A stretch of DNA of 63,785 nt, counting the filler, from Cercozoa sp. M6MM (Eukaryota > Protista > Endomyxa: Ascetosporea): the NCBI GenBank assembly GCA_040357565.1. It is 10 parts of 10 records of this genome, joined end to end, with 100 filler letters (N's around TTAATTAATTAA, not from the genome) between each part and the next. Parts side by side here need not be neighbours in the genome. Positions count along the whole stretch, not along the records: positions 1 to 24,637 come from JBDODJ010000156.1; positions 24,738 to 28,092 come from JBDODJ010001490.1; 8 more parts are not named here. The stretch is one strand, 5' to 3'. A program made the position numbers and the translations under genes. Position 1 is the stretch's first letter. Each line of letters starts with the position of its first letter. The notes under the pieces were generated by a model that was not told where the DNA came from, ran no database searches, and saw only the letters and a list, made by a program, of their open reading frames with translations. This document shows positions 13,364 to 25,339 of this stretch, in pieces.

Positions 13364-16300
13364 TCACGGCGGCGGCCACTGGCGCGCGAGTTTGCCGACC
13401 GAACGTCGCGCGGGAGGACTGCCGCTGCTGCTCCGACTGCTGCTGGCACTGAAGCTACCCCCGGTGCTGCTGCTGCTGCTGCTGCTGCTGTTGACGCTGC
13501 TCCTGCTGCCAGGCTTCGGCGGCATGGTCGGCCGCATTGGTTTGAAGTGCTTCCGGTCAGCAGCCGGAGGAGGCCTTGGCACCGGTCTCGTAGTCACGGG
13601 TGGCACTGCACGCGGCGGGCTTGCCTTCTATACACGTGAGCATAAAAGCGTTTAAAGTATTGTGTGAATGTAGTGTGTTAAAGTAGTACAGGCCGTGTCG
13701 ACGCGCACTCGGACATCATCGTGTTGAACATGTAGGCCACAAAGCCGGTTTCTGTGGCATGTCCAAACATGCAAAAGATAGTGTGCAAAATACAGACAAG
13801 TGTCACCAAACGGAGTGTTCTGCAGCATGGCCTGCAAGGAGCCCGACGGGTCGCGCAGCAGACCTGATTCAACAAAATGAAGTGAAAGAAAAACCAAAGC
13901 AGCAGTCGTACCAGGCGCAAACACAATAGCAAGGTTCTCCGCCGTCATTCGAGTCACTTTTTCGGCTGCTGCCACCTTGCTCTATACAGAACGATAAAAG
14001 GAGAGGTGGCGGGTCAAATGGGAGGCAGAGGGTGGGAGAGAGACAATACGCAGAGCGACATGACGCAGCGCAGCAGCGCCTGATTCGGCGCCGGCAGCGC
14101 TTCAAACAGCGCGCGCAACTGCCGTTCCTTGGCCACCAGGTCCGTGTCCTCCTGGTCCTGTACAATACGGTCCATCGGTACTGTCCATACAGTCCACTTG
14201 TAAGGGGACATGCGTACACATACCTTCTGACCCAACGCGAGTGCATTTCGGTACTGTTCGAACACGATCGGCGGCTCCTTCTGTACACACGCAGCGTACA
14301 AACGTACCGTGCACTGTCCAAATGGACAAACTGGTACCAGTTCTCGCAGGAACTCCTTCAGCAATGCGGCTGGCACGTGCGGTGACACCTTCTCCCTACA
14401 CAAGGGGAATAAAGGGAGGTGGTAAAGGGGGTAAAGGGTGTGGGAGAGGCGAGAGTACTTCTTCAACAACTTGGCAGCACTCGAATCTACACAAAGGGGT
14501 AGAGGGGTATGGTGAGTTAAAGGGGATAGATCTACCCTTCTCGATGCGTGCTCGCCACTTTTGTTTCTCCTCGTGTTGCGCCGACAACTGTCGTTTTGAA
14601 AGCATCAATCAGACTGGACATACGCACCCAACTGACCCTAAGTGTACCCGGAAAATGCCTTCTGCTTGCATGCCGCCCAATTCCACCACTGCATCGCACA
14701 ACTACAGGAGGCAAAACAGTCAAAGGCCGGGATGAAGGGTAAAAGGGGTGGGGTAAGCGTAAAAGGGTGGGGATAAAGGGTTAAAGGGCTGGGGTGAAGT
14801 GGATGTACATCGACGAGAACAGCCGGAACAGAATCGCCGTCGAAATCGCGCAAACTGGCGCCGAAAACGCGAGCAGCGCCACTTGAAGTTGAAACATTCG
14901 TTCCACTTGTTTTCGTTTGTTTTTGTGCCTAAACAAAGCGAAAGATCCCAACAAACACAAAAAAGAACATACTGGGCGAACTCACATCCTCCAACAATTC
15001 GTTTGGTGTTTCGGCCAGTTCGTACACGAAGTGTTCCGTGCTGCTGGGCGGTCCATGTTGGGCAACTAGCAGTCTGCACAACCAACGGCACAACCTTCCT
15101 TCTGGTTCAACCACTACAACTGAAGAAACACGAGTTTACGTGACGTAGTTTTGAATGTCGTTGCGCGGAGTGAACTCTAACCGATCGCCCAACTCGGCTG
15201 TGTTCATACAGTCCAATCAGAGAGGAAAGAAAGAACAAACGTGCAGCAAAAGACTACAGAAAGCGTCTTGCATCGAATGCGAAAAGTTCTCGCCAAGTTT
15301 GAGGAAGGAACGCTGTGTTCATTTCGTCATTAAAGCATCAAAACAACAAAAGAAAAGCACGTTTCGCACCATTTGTTGCTGAAGCGAGTGCATTCGCATC
15401 TCCTCGATAGATTGCAGTTCCACCTGTTTTCATCGTGTCTATCACATGTTGAAGCAAAAGAAACCGCTACTACCATGACTTCGGGCATGTCAAAAGACGC
15501 CGCTTTTGATGCCAGGAAGTTCGCATCGCTGACGGCTAAACAGGCACAAAGTTGAATTGAGCAGAGCGATAATCGAAAGAACGAGAACGCGTACCTTGCT
15601 GGTACTGCAAAGCAGCTTTGTAAGCACGAGCTTTCAACTGTTCGCTGCGTCTGAAGCAAAAAAAAAAAAACAACTGAACTAACAAAGCAAGCAAAAACTG
15701 AAACTGAATGATATTTAAGATACGTGCCAGTGCCGCGAAGAGTCGTGATTCGACTGCGAGTGGACCGTGTGTCGCCTTTAGCATCAGCAATCGCAGCCAA
15801 CGCAGTCTTTTTTGTTGCTGCAACATGACTCCGCGCGGCTGCACAAAAACGAAAAAAAAACAATTTCGAGAAATAAACAACGTCCAAATAAAACGTGCTG
15901 GCCAGTTCTGACTGCGACATGTGCGCTTTCTTGGTCAACGCCTTGCGTTGAGCACAGCCTAAGCCAGATCTTGGCGTGAAAACTCAAAACAAAGCTGTCT
16001 CGATCTTACCGATACGCCTGATAAGAGGTGGGGAGGTTAAAATAATTACACAAGGGAAAAGAACCAGGGGAAAATAAGTAGAGTACCAGAACTGATCGAG
16101 CGGCTCTGCCACCATCATATTCACATCAGCAGCGAGATTTGAGTGCGCATCTGCCGTCTTCTCCATCGCAGAAAGCACTTCGTTTCAGAAAAATACAGAA
16201 ACATTTAAAGAAACACTCTAGATTGGACTGAAAGCAAGTTACAGCCATTCGCTGCTCCCCACATCGAAGACATGCGATCTGGCACAGCCAGACTGTCCAG

Positions 16301-16646
16301 CTTTGAGCGTTCGTACTGACACATTTCGCGCAGTTCTTTCGCGGTTTTCTGCTGCATCGCAGCGTACTTTTCGAACCTGCGAAAACACAATGAAACAAAA
16401 ATGAAACAAAACACGTCTCCGATTTTACCAACTGCGAAGTCGTTTCAAGAGCTGCAGTCCGCTCGTGACTTGGTCATTAACGGGCTCGAAACAGTGCACA
16501 AGGTTGTTACTAAACGTTGCCTCTAGGTCACCCGTCACTGCCCTGTCGCGCAAAACAGTCAATCTTATAGCACTCCAGGTATCAATTTTCGCAACAGTTC
16601 TGGTAGCAAAAAAAGCAGACTTTGCCGCGACGTCTAGCGAGCTCAT
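13364..16646 (-). CDS. F-BAR (FCH) + RhoGAP protein with Pro-rich C-terminus
   Basis: FCH-like TFSNNL...LKRLRSWFEKYAAMQQKTAKELREM and AMEKTADAHSNLA. RhoGAP motifs VFGASL, VPAVL, AEGIFRV, LLKEFLREL, LPAPNQALL, TRMTAENLAIVFAP. Confidence 0.85.
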
Positions 16647-16976
16647 ATGCGTGAGTTGCTCCGTGTGCAACGCAGCAGAAGGACAAATCAACACGCAAGA
16701 TCGCCGGAAAGTCAGAGCAGTTCTAGCACGACCACAGACCAACACGTCCAGCTGAGCGCTGATTGTCCGCCCTGGACAATAATTATTGCATAAAGACACG
16801 AGCGAGTGGCCGACCACAAGGACTCGCAGTGCAAGTGCCCCGCGCGTGCTCTGGTTGTGGACTGTAAGCTCGGCGTGCCCTGCGGGTTGTTCTAAGTCGA
16901 GCCAATCCAACCGACCGAGTGATCTCACAACTCACTGGCCCAGTGCAAAAATACAGTACGATAAAACAACAACGAG

Positions 16977-19059
16977 ATGAACCAAGCTCTGCACCGCCAG
17001 GCGTTGAGTGAAGCACTCGCCGGCATGATCGGTGGCACGATCTCAACCTGCTGCACCTACCCGCTTGATAAGGTATAGTCGAATTGCCATTGGTTTCTAT
17101 TCTTACATTGAGGTGCATCCACGCGGACAGGTTAAGACGCGCTTACAAGTGCAGTCGAAATATCGCGGTATGCTGCATGGACTGTTGTGTATGACATCGG
17201 AAGAGGGCATTGCTGAGGTGTACTCGGGCGTGCTGAACGATGTTTTGCGAAGGTGTGTTTTGTTTTGCTTCGATTGCTTTGTGAGAACGATGTTTGTTTC
17301 TTCTTTTGGACAGCGACGTGCAAAACTTTAGTTACTTTTACGCGTACAACTTCCTCAAATTGCTGTATCTCGCGCTGCGCGCGCGTCGTCGTCGTGCTCG
17401 TCGCCGACAGGTGCTTTGTGCTGATTGAAAGCTTTCGTCTGACTTAGGGTCTGTTTGAGAACAGGAAAAGCTGCGTCGGCAGAAGGAAATGGAAGAGAAG
17501 CGAAAACAGCAGCAGCAACACGCGTTGAATCAAGATAGGTACGCAGGTTGCTTGTTGCAGCTTTATTTCACAACCATGTATCCAGTGCGCAAAACCTCGC
17601 GGAGTTGTACCGTCGCTCAGTCGCTCGTCAGCGTAATGCCACGTTGCGCACGGCCAGCACAATGTCGCTACCGCCGTCTGCGCCGTCGCTTGCGTCGGTT
17701 CGTGAGATCTATGTCGACTCAAGCACTGTTGAAAAGGGTACAGTTACTCAGCTGAATTTCGAGATCAAGCTTTATCTAAATGTTTGATGTGTGTGTCACT
17801 CAACAGTGACGAACAGGAAACGACGCGTGTCATCGTGCACCTCAGTGAATGGCGACGCTGACACGATTCCTGTTGTCATGGTGACCTTGTTTTCTCTCCT
17901 GTTTGTATGCTTTCACATCATGCTTTCACATCATGCTTTCATCTGCAGAACCTGTTGATAGGCATCGCAGCTGGCTGCGGTATCTCTTCGTTGAGTTTTG
18001 TCTTCTCTTGCTTTTCACCTTGTTGTTACAGTTGCAAGTACGTTGATGAACCCGTTGAACGTGGTTTCAACGCGCATACAGACGCGTGATAAGTCGGTAC
18101 TATGCTCATGGGGATTTGGCTTTTCGTGGCGGATAAGACCTGTGTTGCTTAGGCGCCTGATGCCGGCAAAGGCACCTGGGGCACGCTGTCGCACATTGTG
18201 CAGTCCGAAGGTGTGAGTGCCTTGTGGAGAGGCATCCTGCCGACCTACGTGCTGGTATACCTAAGCACAGTACTGTCAGTCAGTTTGTATGTCTACCTGC
18301 TGACTGTTTTTGTTGAACAGACGGCCAATCCTGCCATCCAGTTCCTCACGTTTGACCGCCTGAAGGCAGTGATCACCACCAGGTACTTCTTGTCTCTTGT
18401 GTCAACTCACAGGTGTCGAGTAAGGAAGTACCATCGGATCAACAACGCAGGACTAAAGACAACCAAAAGGTGCGCCTCACGTCGTTGCAGACTTTTGTTT
18501 TGGCTGCACTGGCCAAGGCGGTGGCCACCGTGCTGACCTACCCGTACATCATGGTACTTGCTTCCTCTTGTGTCTTTGTGCTTTTGTGTGGACAAGGATG
18601 CCGACTGAGACGCCTTATCGCCTCTTTTTGTAGGCACGAGTGCGCCTGCAAATGACCGGTGAGGGTGCGCCGAAATACCGCGGTGTCGTGCATTGCTTGC
18701 GCAGCATCGTTCGCAGGTGCGTCTACTGTATCTGCGTGATTGTGTTCATGCTGTGTGCTGTCTTTGTAGCAACGGCATTGCCGGCATCTACTCGGGCATG
18801 TCGACGCAGATCGTCAAGTCGGTCTGCTCGTCGGCGCTTATGTTCATGTTTAAAGAGAGTGGTACGCCTCGCTTACACACCGTCCAGTTTGCTGTCACTG
18901 GCTGTTGTTGTTTGCCTGCTCAGTGACGGATTTTGTGCGTGTTGTTGTGGCCAATTTCTTTGCATTGCTGAGCAACTGAGCGACTTGACTGCGCGTTGTA
19001 ATTTTCCCTGCAGCCCATGGCCACTCACGTCATATTGCAAGCTATACGAGAGGGTCTAG
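16977..19059 (+). CDS. SLC25A17: Peroxisomal SLC25 carrier (PMP34/Ant1-like adenine nucleotide/cofactor carrier)
   Basis: Three carrier repeats (TYPLDKVKTRLQ, MNPLNVVSTRIQ, TYPYIMARVRLQ) plus subfamily-typical NPAIQF, FVLAALAKAVATVLTYP and QIVKSVCSSALMFMFKE. Confidence 0.8.
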
Positions 19060-19169
19060 TGTATACGCTGCTATAAGTAACTAATCGAATCGATAAACAC
19101 TGACATCATCCGCTTGCGGCAAATAATGGCAAAACGCGGTAATTTGGCCCCCGCGATGCGAATTAAGTG

Positions 19170-20460
19170 ATTGATTTGGCGACAGCTACTCAGCCGAGTG
19201 TGCAGCGTGCTCGGTGCGAATGTAGTCAAGAATGTCCCTGCGGTCCACGGGACCCTGGCGTCTTTGTTCAAGCAGCCACTGGGCCACTTGTTGGAAGTCT
19301 TGCTCCGAGCCATGTCGAGTAAGGTGACCTGTGTGCGCACGCGAAACATACACTCAAACACTCAACTAGTTTCGGGAAAACGTACGCAAAGCAGCGCCTT
19401 CGGGTCTGTTGCGTGGCTTGAGTGACAAGAGCAGCTTTCGTACTTCCTTGGTCAGCAGCGGTTCTGGTTCAGGCACTATACGCACACAATATTAAAGAAG
19501 ACGACTTGACTCCAAAGGTGCAAGCAAAAGGAGAGTGCACCATCGCTCTGCAATCGACACTGACGCAGGTGGTGCAACGCCGTTTCAGCCGTGCACGCCA
19601 ACGGAATCGTCTGTACGGGAAAGGCACAGCTAAGATAGCATCAACTGAACACAAGACAGAGTGTACCGCAGTCCACTCGAGCAACTTGTCATCTGCGGCA
19701 GACAACAGACTCCGAGCGATTGCTTTTCTGCACAGTTGAGCACATGTGATTAGCTCGACAAGTGAAACCAAAGAAGCTCACAGCTGCGGCGCAATGCCTT
19801 CGGCGTCGGCGATGCGCGTAAAGACTTGGCGCCATTCGTCGGGCGTTCGTTGTCGCCAGGAATCGTCCCTCCTGCGCTCGGTGTCTGTAGTAGGCGTGTC
19901 GACTGATGTCTCGTGTTCCACTGTCGTTTCTGCCTTCTCAGTTTGCTCCTGCATTTCGCTATGTGTTTCTCTTTCCTCTTGTGGTTTGCTTTCTTCTTGT
20001 GGCTTCACTTCTTCCGGTTCATGTCGCTGCTTTCGTCGCTTCTCTCTGCGCTTTCGTGGCGCAACCTCGATGCTACGGTAGTCGCTTTCAGCCCGGCCTC
20101 GCGTGTCGTATATTTCTTCTTCGTCTACAACAGAATTAGTTGCAAAGGGGTGGGGGTAAAGGAGGGACGGAAGCGTACTGAACAGATCTGACGTGATGTG
20201 CAAGAAGCGACGCAGATTCGGCACACGCCGCGAAATTTCTTCTCGATCGACAGAGAGCTCAGTTCCCGGTATCCGAGCGCCGCTTGCTTCGGTTTCTGCG
20301 GAGGGTATGTCTTCACCCGTCGATTCGGCCAACACGCGTGCAATGTGCGCCGAGGGAACACTCGCGATTTTCCGGCGTCGTTCCTGCGCCCTTGAGTACG
20401 ATGGGAACAGCAGCCTCGTTGGCGGCAGTCTACATTAATTAGATCTCGCACCGAAATGCA
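19170..20460 (-). CDS. Hypothetical protein with Glu/Lys-rich segment
   Basis: Coding-like exons (19778-20335 and downstream) with GT-AG boundaries. No family recognised. Confidence 0.4.
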
Positions 20461-20699
20461 TGAAGGCTAGCAATCAATGTACCCAGCGACCAAGCGGGCC
20501 AAGTCTTGCACTTGCTGACTTCGAGCGTACATGAAAGCGCCAATGTTGACTTTATTTTCCTTGTGGCCTAAACAGCAAGCACACACGTCATTGAAAACAC
20601 AGAGAAAAAAACGAAAGCTACCGAGTAAGGTGAGGCACTTGCTGGCAAAACTGTAGGACTCCAGCGGCTGCTGCGGCGGAGTCTAACAAAAACACACGC

Positions 20700-21760
20700 A
20701 ATTTCAATCGATTCAAAACGATTTTTATCCTCCAAAAACTGTGTACCTTAATCAATGGATCGGTATCGGTGCGTTCTGGTTCCTGCAAACAACGTGCATC
20801 ATGGAAACATAGAGAGCAACCCAAAGTAATTTGTACCAAGATAAACGGCCGCGCGGATGTCGGATCAGGCTTGCCCATGTACTGCGTAGCTCTGTGGATA
20901 GAGGCCAGAACACTCGAGACCAGCTCGTCGTCTTCCTCGCGAAACCGAATTCTGCGGAGTTTCGAAAATACTTAAGCAAAATCAGAAAAGGCAAACGCAC
21001 TCATGAGGAGGCAGCGTGATCAAAGGCAACAGCAGCTCGACTGTATCGGGAGTGCCGCCATGCAAAGCCTTCAGAAGCTGCTCGACATTTTGCGTCGACA
21101 ACAAATGGCGTGCTTTACTTTCGGACGGAAGATGGCGTCTGACGATGTCTGCAGCATACCAAAAATAGTATCACAGCACTGCACAAGTTTCAGCGAGTGC
21201 GCAGGTGTACCAATGCACAAACTGACGCAAAAAGCGTCCAAGAACTCATTCAATCTCCGAAAAGCCTACGTACAACACCAAACACAAAGATTGAAGCAAC
21301 ACATACTCAATACAGAAACGTTACACTGTGCATCACGTCCAATGTCTCGTGGAGTCCCAGTTGCGTCTCATTCAGAGTGGCCAAAAACATCAGTTCACGT
21401 TGAATGCTATCGAACAGATCGCGTGGTCGCAGCCAGCGGTTTCTGGACAAGAGACAAGATCAAAACTACTCACGGCGACACGAGTACAACCTGCAAGTAC
21501 CTATCGTCATCTCGCCAGTCATCGTCATCATCGTCAAAGTTGTTTCGCGTGCAACGAGACGCGTTCAATCCTACAAACACGACGTTAACACAGGAGATGT
21601 GACCCGGTCAAGAAAAACTCAGTTACCCAAATTTCGGCGGTATTGCAGAGCTCTCAGCTCGCCCATCAACAATCTAAACAAGAACAGCACACTCCCAAGA
21701 ACGTTAAAATGCAAGGATGTAAACTCAGGCACCTTGCAACGAGCGCATCCCGTCTGTTGC
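20700..21760 (+). CDS. Hypothetical protein
   Basis: Successive coding-like exons on the + strand. No motif recognised. Confidence 0.3.
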
Positions 21761-22612
21761 TGACCTCATTCGAGCCGGGCGGAATCGGCACAGCATACTG
21801 AATGCTACAAGCACACACGCAATCCGAAATCGATAGAAACCTGACTGAACGCAAAGAGACAGAAGAACTCACTGTGAGGCCAGAGCGAGCAGCTGCGAGT
21901 TCTCGCAGTATTCGTTGTTTCGATCAGGCTTTTTGCCTTTCATGCGCCGAGTGACATAATGCAGTACGTCGTAGCCGACAGCTTGTAGCTTCTTGTGCAA
22001 AAACTTCAGATCGCGATGATTTAAAGTTGCTGTCGCTTCCGCCTGTGACGTCCTGTTTGTAGAACAAGTCAATAATCAAAAAATGTTTGAAACACAAGCG
22101 GAATCCTTCAGTCAGTCTTACCAAGCAGAGACGCGCATCAAACGCATCAACTGTCCCATCACGACGCGGTCCATTCTGAGCTTGATCGCGCCTCGCACAA
22201 GCAGCGTGCAGCTGAGTACGTGCAGACGCGCATCCAACGATGCTTCGTCACTCAAGCGCTGCAGATCGCGCAACTCCTCGAGCAACTCTGCTTTGTCTTG
22301 CTTTTGGTCTTCCTCATGCGTCTAAAGCAAAAAAGGTCACTGCCAGAACGGCGAAAAAAACGAATGTACCTGCTTCTTCCAGCGATCTGGACTGACCAGT
22401 GACTCCACGACCTGTATCCTCGCCTCTGTTTCATCGAATTCACTTTGAATTTGATCAAACTTAGTTTTAATCGGCTCGTCAGCGGTCACAGCAGCGTCGT
22501 TCGACAACTCTGTATCTGGATCATCCGCGTGGATGTTGACTGTGCCAGCGATCGCATACCGAAACCGCTGGCGCAGCTGTGCCCGCGCACAGAGCCGCCT
22601 TGCCAGCAGCAT
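21760..22612 (-). CDS. Hypothetical protein with mitochondrial-type presequence
   Basis: N-terminus MLLARRLCARAQLRQRFRY is Arg-rich and acid-free, followed by further helical exons. Head-to-head with seryl-tRNA synthetase. Confidence 0.5.
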
Positions 22613-22778
22613 CGCTCTATCGCACAGATCGACCGCACACTACAGCACTGTTCCGATGCTCTAATGGTGATGGCTGTCCAAAGCGGTCCTTTTTGTACGG
22701 ATCTGGCTACGGAGGAATTTTACTCGGCCCTCCGCCCTCCTCAGCCCTCTACAGCACGTGTGAACGCTTGCGAGTAAG

Positions 22779-24602
22779 ATGCCGGTGGACCTGAGCTACT
22801 TTACGGACGAGCAGAAGCTCGAGACGCTGCGTGAGTCGCAGCGCGCCCGATTCGACGATGTGGTACTGTCGCCCACGTGCCGTGTTTTTTTTCGTGTTGT
22901 GCCTTTCACTATGGGTTGCCGCTTGGTTTAGGACGATGTGACGCGTGTGGCCACTCTGCACGCTCAGTGGCGTGAGCTTCGCGGCAAGATCGATGACTAC
23001 GGTAGCGTTTTTTGTCTTATTTGATCGTTGTTTTTGACCTGACCTGACTGAGTCCAGGTCGCGATCTCAACAAGCTGCAAAAGAAGAAGATCGGCCCGCT
23101 CTACGGCAAGAAGCGCCGTGCTGAGGGTACTTTTGAGTTTTAAGGTGTGCGGGGAGGAGATTTCGCGTGTTTAAACAGGCGAGGCGCTCGAGGCACTGAA
23201 CCTTGAGCTGGAAGGTCTGCTCATCGAGAAGAGTGAGCTTGAGGTGAGTTAAAATCCATTTTTCGCTTTGATTGGTCCGAATTTCGTTTGTGTGAAATCG
23301 AAACAGCGCACGATTGCCGACGCCAAGGTCGAGCTGGAGCGACTTGCCTCGGAGCGCGACAATGTAGCTTCTGCTCTCGTCCTTTTCTGATCTTGCTTGA
23401 ATAAACAGAAACTTGGCTTGGCAGATCCACAAGAACATTGGCAACCTGGTGGACCCGTCGGTTCCGGTGAGTCAGAACGAGGATGACAATGCCATCGTCG
23501 GCACCTGGGGCCTCGAAGGCAAGCGGTACTTCTTCCGATATAGTATATGAATGTGATTTTGAATGTGATTTTGTAAGGATGATTCTGTAAGAATGATTAT
23601 GTAAGAATGATTTGGTGCAGTGCCACGACGGAGGACCTGAAGCACCACCACGAGTTGCTCTACATGATCGGCGGCTACGACCCCGAGGCCGTGCGTTTCC
23701 CACATCACTTTGGACTTATCAGTATATAATATGTGTGAGAAACTTTAAGTTTATTTGTAGGGCACTGATGTGGCCGGTCACCGTGGCTACTTCCTGACTG
23801 GTGCAACTGATCCCTCCCATTAGAACTCCCCCTTTACTAGATTGATCTGGTGTGCGGCAGGTCCGGGCGTGCTGCTCAACATGGCGCTGCAGCAGTACGG
23901 CGTGAGCTTCCTCATGAAGAAGGGCTACACGCCTGTGCAGCCGCCGTTCTTCATGAAGAAGGATGTAGGCTTGTGCTTTACTCCTTCCCCCTTTAGCCTT
24001 TACCCTTTTACCCACCTCTTTACCCCCATAGGTGATGGCAGAGACGGCGCAGCTCAGCGAGTTCGACGAGGTACAGCACTCATGCCTTTAACGAATGTCT
24101 TTCCGTCCTTTGACTAATGTTTATGTACGTTTGGACCAGGCCTTGTACCATGTGGTGGGCGAGACGGCCATCGACAGCACGGGCGAGCTCAAGCGCGACG
24201 AGAACTACCTCATCGCCACCAGTGAGCAGCCGCTCTCGGCAATGAACCGGTGCGTGTTTACCCCCCCCCCCCGCCCCCTATGCATTACCCCCCCCCCCCC
24301 CCTGTTGCAGCAACAAGGTGCTGGACGAGTCGCTGGCCGAGAAGCCGGTGCGTCTGGCCGGTCTGTCGGCGTGCTTCCGCAAGGAGGCCGGTGCGCACGG
24401 CCGCGACGCTTGGTAGCCTACCATCTACCTCTACTCTCGCCTACTTTCACCCCTTGTATGAGTAGGGGCATCTTCCGCGTGCACCAGTTCGACAAGGTCG
24501 AGCAGTTCTGCATCACGTCGCCGGACCAGTCGGTGCAGGAGCACGAGAAGATGCGCGAGTGCGCCGAGGAGTTCTACCAGGCGCTCGGCCTGCCGTACCA
24601 GG
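22779..24602 (+). CDS. SARS1: Cytosolic seryl-tRNA synthetase (3' truncated at contig end)
   Basis: ATG 22779 MPVDLSYF...RESQRARF. Motifs GHRGYFLTG, YTPVQPPFFMKK, AETAQLSEFDE, YLIATSEQPLSA, SACFRKEAGAHGRD, GIFRVHQFDKVEQF. Confidence 0.97.
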
Positions 24603-24637
24603 GTATTGACCCCCCCCCCCCCCACACACACACACAC

Positions 24638-24737
24638 NNNNNNNNNNNNNNNNNNNNNNNNNNNNNNNNNNNNNNNNNNNNTTAATTAATTAANNNNNNN
24701 NNNNNNNNNNNNNNNNNNNNNNNNNNNNNNNNNNNNN
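24638..24737. other. Artificial contig-joining linker N44-TTAATTAATTAA-N44
   Basis: The same linker, with stops in all six frames, recurs at 28093-28192, 32581-32680, 36387-36486, 38551-38650, 40545-40644, 44173-44272, 60901-61000 and 62247-62346. Confidence 0.97.
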
Positions 24738-24769
24738 GGGGGGGGGGGGTAAAGGTGTAAGTAACAGTG

Positions 24770-25135
24770 CAAGGTAGAACTACCTCCGAAACTGAGGCAC
24801 GCTTGGTTTTGTCTGAATGCCCGATGTGTGCAACGCGAAAGCCACCGCCCATCCACTTCTCCATGCCCTCAAGTTTGATCTCCATCTGCTTGCGCGAGCC
24901 TGCACAGGGTGTAGACATGTGGCACTGTGGCAGGGCACCCGAGTGCTATGTTACCGGACCAGGCGAGACCTAGACGATGGCACAATTGTTTCAACTCACG
25001 GCTGTGCAACTGACGCCAGGACGACACTTTTGGGTGCACTTCATCCGTGTCATCATTTGCGGTGACAATGCCGCGACGCACCCACACGACACGCCGCGCC
25101 GCACAAGTGTTGACGCGTGCCAACATCCTTGCCAC
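24770..25135 (-). CDS. SAP-domain-like protein, 5' exons (truncated)
   Basis: SWRQLHSRELKQLCHRLGL...AGSRKQMEIKL resembles the SAP motif. Arg-rich N-terminus. Confidence 0.4.
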
Positions 25136-25339
25136 TCACTTCGGCGGTCTTAGGCGCGTGAACAAGCTGTACAAGTGCCGATCTTGGCCCAGCATCACTC
25201 GGACCGGAACGCTGACTTAAAATGATCGATTTTTAAACAAAAATACCAACATTTCTTGTACTGGACGAAAGTGCGACTTACAGTACAACGCCCGTGTGTG
25301 TGCATTTTTACACGGTACTGTCAACTTAACTGAAACTGA

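Noticed and set aside
16650-16928. MSP-like domain fused N-terminal to the F-BAR-RhoGAP
   Set aside because: The stretch has no ATG and an in-frame stop just upstream. A plausible ATG lies at 16646, so this is probably UTR or the shared promoter.
20740-21480. SANTA-domain (KNL2) similarity
   Set aside because: Only short fragments (VYLNQW, KTTHGDT) resemble it and the spacing is inconsistent.
24682-24693. TTAATTAATTAA as a biological repeat or CRISPR-like element
   Set aside because: Always embedded in N44 pads; it is an artificial joining linker.
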